Source: an uncultured Verrucomicrobiae bacterium | GTDB lineage: Bacteria; Verrucomicrobiota; Verrucomicrobiia; Limisphaerales; Palsa-1400 | NCBI GenBank assembly: GCA_963707025.1 | Contig: CAVPOM010000005.1 | Coordinates: 448,001 to 512,000 of the forward strand | Direction: 5' to 3' | Length of the DNA: 64,000 bases | Shown here: positions 59,483 to 64,000 of the stretch, in pieces | Layout of the letters: the number at the start of each line of letters is the position of its first letter | How positions within the stretch are numbered: the stretch's first letter is position 1 | Notes under the pieces: generated by a model | The model's database searches: none | Told to the model about the DNA's origin: nothing | The model's input: the letters and a program-made list of their open reading frames with translations, nothing else | Position numbers and translations under genes: made by a program

Positions 59483-61321
59483 ATGAACACGCCCATGCCA
59501 CGACGGGAATTTCTCAAGGCCGCCCCCCTCGCCGCCTACGGGCTGGCCCGGGTGGCGCAAGGCTCGCCCGCGCCGCCGCCCGGCGGCGAGATGGGCGCCA
59601 AGCTCAAAATTGAGCCGTTCAATTATCAAGGCGTCCGCCTCCACCCCAGCCGATGGCAGCAACAATTCCAGGCCATGCGCGATTTCTATCTCGGCATCCC
59701 GGATGACGACATCTTGCACGGCTATCGCGCCGCCGCCGGGCTGCCCGCGCCGGGCAAGGCGCTGGGCGGCTGGTGCCGGATCAACAGCAACACCGTCTTC
59801 GGCCAGTGGCTCAGCGGGATGGCGCGGATTTATCGGGCCACCAACGACACGGCCATGCGCAACAAGGCCATCGGCCTGTTCACGGAATGGGCCAAAACGG
59901 TCAAGCCGGACGGGGATTGCGGCATGAGACATTATCCGTACGAGAAGCTGGTGTGCGGGCTGGTGGATTTGAAGGTTTTTGCTGATTTCGACGAGGCGCT
60001 GCCCATGCTCGAACGGGTGGCCGCTTTTGCCTCCAAGAATCTGAGCCGCGAAAATGTCCCGGCCGGGGAGAAGTTGGGCGGTTTCTCCGGCCTGCCCGGC
60101 GAGTGGTACACGCTGGCGGAGAATCATTACCGCGCCTGGCAATTGACGGGCAACCCGCTCTACAAGGACTTGGCCGGCGCGTGGCACTACAACAGCTATT
60201 GGGGGAAATTTGAGCAGAGCGCCGCTCCGCCCGACGCGCAAGGGGTCCACGCCTACAGTCACATCAACAGCTTCAGCAGCGCGGCCATGGCCTACGCGGT
60301 GACGGGGGAGGAGCAATACCTGCGCATCATCAGGAACGCCTACGACTGGCTGCAAAACCTGCAGTGCTACGCGACCGGCGGGTTCGGACCCTCGGAAGTG
60401 ATCGCCGCGCCCGACGGCGGCCTGGGCCGCGCGCTGGAGGGCCGGCAGGACACTTTTGAAACCGGGTGCGGCTCCTGGGCGGCCTTCAAGTTGTCGCGCT
60501 ATTTGATGCAATTCACCGGGGAGGCGCGCTACGGGGACTGGACGGAACGGATTTTTTACAACGGCATCGGCTCGGCCCTGCCCGTCACGCCGGAAGGAAA
60601 GAACTTTTACTATTCGGACTACCGCGTGGCCGGGGGGATGAAGGTCCATTACCTGGCGGCGTGGGCCTGCTGCGCCGGCACCTACATCCAGGCGGTGGCG
60701 GATTACCACAATATTATATACTACAAAGACGCGGACAGCCTCTGCGTCAACTTGTATGTTCCCTCCGAAGTGACCTGGAGCCGTCCGGGCGGCGCGGTCA
60801 AACTGGCGCAGGAAACCAGCTATCCCGAGGCGGAAACCTCCACGTTCACGCTGGAACTGGCGCAGAGCCAGAAATTCGCCCTCAAGTTCAGAGTGCCCGG
60901 CTGGGCGCGCGACGTTTCGGTGCGCCTCAACGGCGCGGAGGCGAACATCCCCTGCCCGCCCGGCTCGTGGGCCAGCCTGGAACGCGCCCGGAATTCCGGC
61001 GACCGCGTGGAAATCCGCATCCCGCTGGCTTTCCGCATGCAGGCGGTGGACAGGCAGCACCCGGAGCGCGTCGCCATCGTGCGCGGCCCGGCGGTGATGG
61101 TGTTGGAAGGCGATTATCACGAGCCCAAGTTCCGCCTCCCTGACACCGATGCCGAGTTGAACCATTGGCTGGTGGCGGGCAGCAATCCCGGCTGGTTCAA
61201 CGTCCAACTCCCCGACCAGAGCCGGGTGCGTTCGAGCGTCCGTCCCTTCTACGGCATCGGGCAGGAGTACCCCTACAAACTGTACTTTGACAAGAAGGCG
61301 CTGCCGCTGGCGTTCTGGTAA
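59483..61321 (+). CDS. GH127/GH146-like beta-L-arabinofuranosidase, Tat-exported
   Basis: RREFLK Tat motif; GVHAYSH, YATGG, FETGC, ERIFYNG, WACCAGT, VNLY, FRVPGW, RGP. Confidence 0.85.
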   Translation: MNTPMPRREFLKAAPLAAYGLARVAQGSPAPPPGGEMGAKLKIEPFNYQGVRLHPSRWQQQFQAMRDFYLGIPDDDILHGYRAAAGLPAPGKALGGWCRINSNTVFGQWLSGMARIYRATNDTAMRNKAIGLFTEWAKTVKPDGDCGMRHYPYEKLVCGLVDLKVFADFDEALPMLERVAAFASKNLSRENVPAGEKLGGFSGLPGEWYTLAENHYRAWQLTGNPLYKDLAGAWHYNSYWGKFEQSAAPPDAQGVHAYSHINSFSSAAMAYAVTGEEQYLRIIRNAYDWLQNLQCYATGGFGPSEVIAAPDGGLGRALEGRQDTFETGCGSWAAFKLSRYLMQFTGEARYGDWTERIFYNGIGSALPVTPEGKNFYYSDYRVAGGMKVHYLAAWACCAGTYIQAVADYHNIIYYKDADSLCVNLYVPSEVTWSRPGGAVKLAQETSYPEAETSTFTLELAQSQKFALKFRVPGWARDVSVRLNGAEANIPCPPGSWASLERARNSGDRVEIRIPLAFRMQAVDRQHPERVAIVRGPAVMVLEGDYHEPKFRLPDTDAELNHWLVAGSNPGWFNVQLPDQSRVRSSVRPFYGIGQEYPYKLYFDKKALPLAFW

Positions 61322-61341
61322 ATTGCGCCGCAGCTTTCCTC

Positions 61342-62550
61342 ATGCCTGAAGAACAAAAAGGGCCGCCGGCGCGCTGGCTGAACCGCACTGTGCTGGGCAT
61401 CGGGCTGGCCTCGCTCTGTAGCGATTGGGCGCACGAAACGGCCACCACCCTCCTGCCCGCCTTTCTGGCCACCTTGAATGTGGCGGCGGCCTGGCTCGGC
61501 CTGATCGAAGGCGTCTCCGACGGTCTGTCCAGCGTGGCGAAAATGGCCTCCGGCTTCGCCACCGACCGCCTGGCGCGCCGCAAACCGGTGGCGGTCGTGG
61601 GTTACCTGGTGACGGCCCTGGGCACGGCCTGCTTCGGCCTGGCCACCAGCGCGTGGCATGTCCTCCTGGCCCGCGCCGGCGCCTGGCTGGGACGCGGCGT
61701 GCGCACGCCGGTGCGCAAAGCCATACTGGCCGGTTCCGTCACGCCCGCAACTTACGGGCGCGCCTTCGGCTTCGAGCGGATGATGGACACGGTGGGTGCG
61801 ATTGCCGGCCCGGCGACCGCCCTGGCGCTGCTCCCGCTGGCGCGCGGGAATTACCGGGCCGTCTTCGCGCTCACGCTGGTTCCGGGGGTGACGGCGGCAT
61901 TATTGATAGCCTTTGTTGTCAAGGAAAAGGAGCGCGCGCCGGTGCCGCACATTTCCCTGGGCGCCAGCGTGCGGGCCATGCCGGCGCGCTACCGGAAACT
62001 CCTGGCGGCGGCCGGCTTGTTCGGCGCGGGAGATTTCGCCCACACCCTGCTGCTGCTGCTGGCCGCGCAGAAATTGGCGCCGGCCCTGGGCCTGGCGCGC
62101 GCCAGCACGGCCGCGGCCGCCTTCTACATTCTGCACAATGTCCTTTCCGCCGGCGCCTCGATGGCGGCCGGGCGGCTGGCGGATCGTTTCAACAAAGGCC
62201 GCCTCCTGGCCGCCGGCTATGGCCTGGCCGTGCTCATGGCGCTGGGGCTGGTTTTCCTGCCGATGAACCTCGGGACGCTGGCCGGAGTTTTCTCCCTCGG
62301 CGGCCTCTACACGGGGATGGTGGAAACGCTGGAAGATTCGTTTTGCGCGGAACTGGCCGGCGAGAAGCAGCCCGGGGTCGCTTTCGGGCTGCTGGCCACG
62401 GTGAACGGCCTGGGCGATTTCGCTTCCAGTCTGATCGTGGGGTTGCTTTGGACAGCGGCCGGCACGCCCGTCGCCTTCGCTTACAGCGGAGTCCTTTTTC
62501 TGGCCGGGGCAGTGTTGGTTCTGCGTTCGGCGCAAAACACTTCCAGCTAA
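61342..62550 (+). CDS. MFS transporter
   Basis: About 12 TMs, SG..TDRLARRK and GRLADRFNK loop motifs. Confidence 0.9.
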   Translation: MPEEQKGPPARWLNRTVLGIGLASLCSDWAHETATTLLPAFLATLNVAAAWLGLIEGVSDGLSSVAKMASGFATDRLARRKPVAVVGYLVTALGTACFGLATSAWHVLLARAGAWLGRGVRTPVRKAILAGSVTPATYGRAFGFERMMDTVGAIAGPATALALLPLARGNYRAVFALTLVPGVTAALLIAFVVKEKERAPVPHISLGASVRAMPARYRKLLAAAGLFGAGDFAHTLLLLLAAQKLAPALGLARASTAAAAFYILHNVLSAGASMAAGRLADRFNKGRLLAAGYGLAVLMALGLVFLPMNLGTLAGVFSLGGLYTGMVETLEDSFCAELAGEKQPGVAFGLLATVNGLGDFASSLIVGLLWTAAGTPVAFAYSGVLFLAGAVLVLRSAQNTSS

Positions 62551-62588
62551 AAAAACAACTCCGCGCCCTTCGCAGGAAGAGCGCGGAG
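62549..62588 (-). terminator. Rho-independent terminator
   Basis: Stem ctccgcgcccttc/gaagagcgcggag with an A-run on the + strand (U-tract for the - strand gene). Confidence 0.75.
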
Positions 62589-62607
62589 CTGGTGAATAAT
62601 CAGCCGC

Positions 62608-64000
62608 TTACGGGAGGCGCAAACGGTAGTAAACGTTGGTTTTCGCCGTGTTCACATTGAAGTTGATGGTGGTGACGGAACTGGAGCCGGGGATGTCGAA
62701 CCAGTCGCCCGGGACGGCCACGTTGAGCGAGTTGCTTTGCAGGATCCAGCCGCTATTGGTCGGCCAGCTCAAGGTGAGCAGGTTGCCGCTGAGACCGAAG
62801 CCAAAGACGGGTGGATTGAGGTTTAAGCTGCTAACAGTCAGGAGCACCTGGGTGCCGCTGACGGTGATGGTCCCCTGGGAGGTCGGGCCGATGGCGGTGC
62901 CGCCAACCGTGTAAGGGCCGACACTGGTGATGGGGGTGCTGGCCGTGGCCACGACGTAAGGAGTGCCGCTATTAGGCAGAGGCGCGGCGGCGTTGACGGT
63001 GAAGGCATTGCCATGGAGCGACAAGGTGCCTCCCGTGACGGTGAGCGCAGGATGCGTCCCGTCGTAATTCAGGATAATCGGACTGGTTGCGCCGATGGCA
63101 AGGACGCCGGCGCCGTTCAGGGTGGCGGGGCTGGCCGTGCCGCTGCCGGTGATGGCTGTGGTTGCGCCCGCGTTCCAAGAGGACCTGAGCGACACATCAA
63201 AGAACGCTCCGGCGGCGATGGCGATGCCGGACGAATTGGAAACGGACCCGTTGGCCCCCAAGGCCAGGGTGCCATTGCTGACCGTGGTGGCGCCGGTATA
63301 AGTGTTGGTGCCCAGAACAGTCAGGGTGCCGGCGCCGAGCTTGGCCAGGCTGGTGCCGCTGCCGGCCAAGGCGTTGGAGAAGGTGACGCTCTGGCCGCCG
63401 GTGTCAATACTAATTAGTTGGCCGCCCGAGGTGCTGAAACGACCGGAGTAGTCGAATTGGTTGTTGGCGGTGTATTGCAGAGTGCCGCCGCCAAAGGTGA
63501 TGTTGCCCGCATTAACCACCGCCGACGTGCCCAACGGCCCGTTGACGCCCGCGTTTTCGGCATAATTGGCCTGGAGGGTGCCGCCGTTGAGCTGGACGCC
63601 GCCGGTGAAGTTGTTGCTGTCGTTCATCTGCAGCGTGCCTGTTCCACTCATGGTGATGTAACTGCCGCCGTTGATGTTGCTGTTGCAGGCCATGTCTATC
63701 CCGCTGGGCACCGTGCCCTTGGCGATGTTGAAGGTCAGGCCCGTGCCGCGTATCACGATGGGCGAGTTGAACATCGTCGTCACGTTGCTGGGGTAGGTGG
63801 TGATCCCGAAACCGGTGTTAAAGTTGATGCCGTTCCCTTGCGGAACCGTGATGGTATTTACCGTGGCGCCTTGCAGGAACCAGGGCGTGGCATAGGATTG
63901 ATTGTTGGCGAAATTATTGTTGAAGGTCCCACCGTAGATGGTGAGATTGCTGACACAAACGCCCGTAGTATAGCCGATGGAATCCTGAACGAAGGTATTG
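62608..64000 (-). CDS. C-terminal part of a large surface protein with autotransporter-associated beta-strand (PATR) repeats; 5-prime end outside the window
   Basis: LAKLGAGTLTVLGTNTYTGATTVSNGTL repeats; ends LTLSWP...LQ...W...VYYRLRLP with no beta-barrel. Confidence 0.85.
   Translation of the reverse strand, partial: NTFVQDSIGYTTGVCVSNLTIYGGTFNNNFANNQSYATPWFLQGATVNTITVPQGNGINFNTGFGITTYPSNVTTMFNSPIVIRGTGLTFNIAKGTVPSGIDMACNSNINGGSYITMSGTGTLQMNDSNNFTGGVQLNGGTLQANYAENAGVNGPLGTSAVVNAGNITFGGGTLQYTANNQFDYSGRFSTSGGQLISIDTGGQSVTFSNALAGSGTSLAKLGAGTLTVLGTNTYTGATTVSNGTLALGANGSVSNSSGIAIAAGAFFDVSLRSSWNAGATTAITGSGTASPATLNGAGVLAIGATSPIILNYDGTHPALTVTGGTLSLHGNAFTVNAAAPLPNSGTPYVVATASTPITSVGPYTVGGTAIGPTSQGTITVSGTQVLLTVSSLNLNPPVFGFGLSGNLLTLSWPTNSGWILQSNSLNVAVPGDWFDIPGSSSVTTINFNVNTAKTNVYYRLRLP

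Overview
GC-rich bacterial chromosome segment. Gene style suggests Verrucomicrobiota, probably subdivision 3 (inference only). Core and metabolic genes include a CoA-disulfide reductase-rhodanese fusion, thiH, thiS, a DR2241-like Fe-S protein, an M28 peptidase, tRNA-Pro(GGG), xylB, an amidohydrolase pair, uvrB, topoisomerase IV parE/parC split by a DUF433/DUF5615 toxin-antitoxin pair, an ECF sigma cassette, clpS/DUF2017, a glycogen debranching enzyme, efp, a PfkB kinase, GH127, an MFS transporter and a truncated passenger-repeat surface protein. An accessory region follows the tRNA (about 6.7-34 kb). It carries two rhamnosidases, an iteron-like repeat cluster, a decayed RHS toxin/immunity array, an IS4 element, an integrase remnant, an AlgB/KinB-like sigma54 locus and two secreted stalk proteins. 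The most striking unexplained structure is a 23-bp inverted repeat (22/23 identical, core TGACCCCTT) at 14030 and 20671. RHS coding sequence runs right up to it on both sides, and related TGACCCC-type ends sit at 14393 and 20928, suggesting repeat-guided capture or shuffling of toxin cassettes. Other notable items: a REP-like palindrome in frame inside a putative anti-sigma gene, a mirror-symmetric sigma54 enhancer/promoter layout, a shared C-terminal F/Y-Y-R motif on three secreted proteins, a chimeric antitoxin, and EF-P with Asn at the normally modified loop tip. Four genes carry single-base frameshifts that may be assembly errors. All family calls come from motif recognition by eye; no searches were run.
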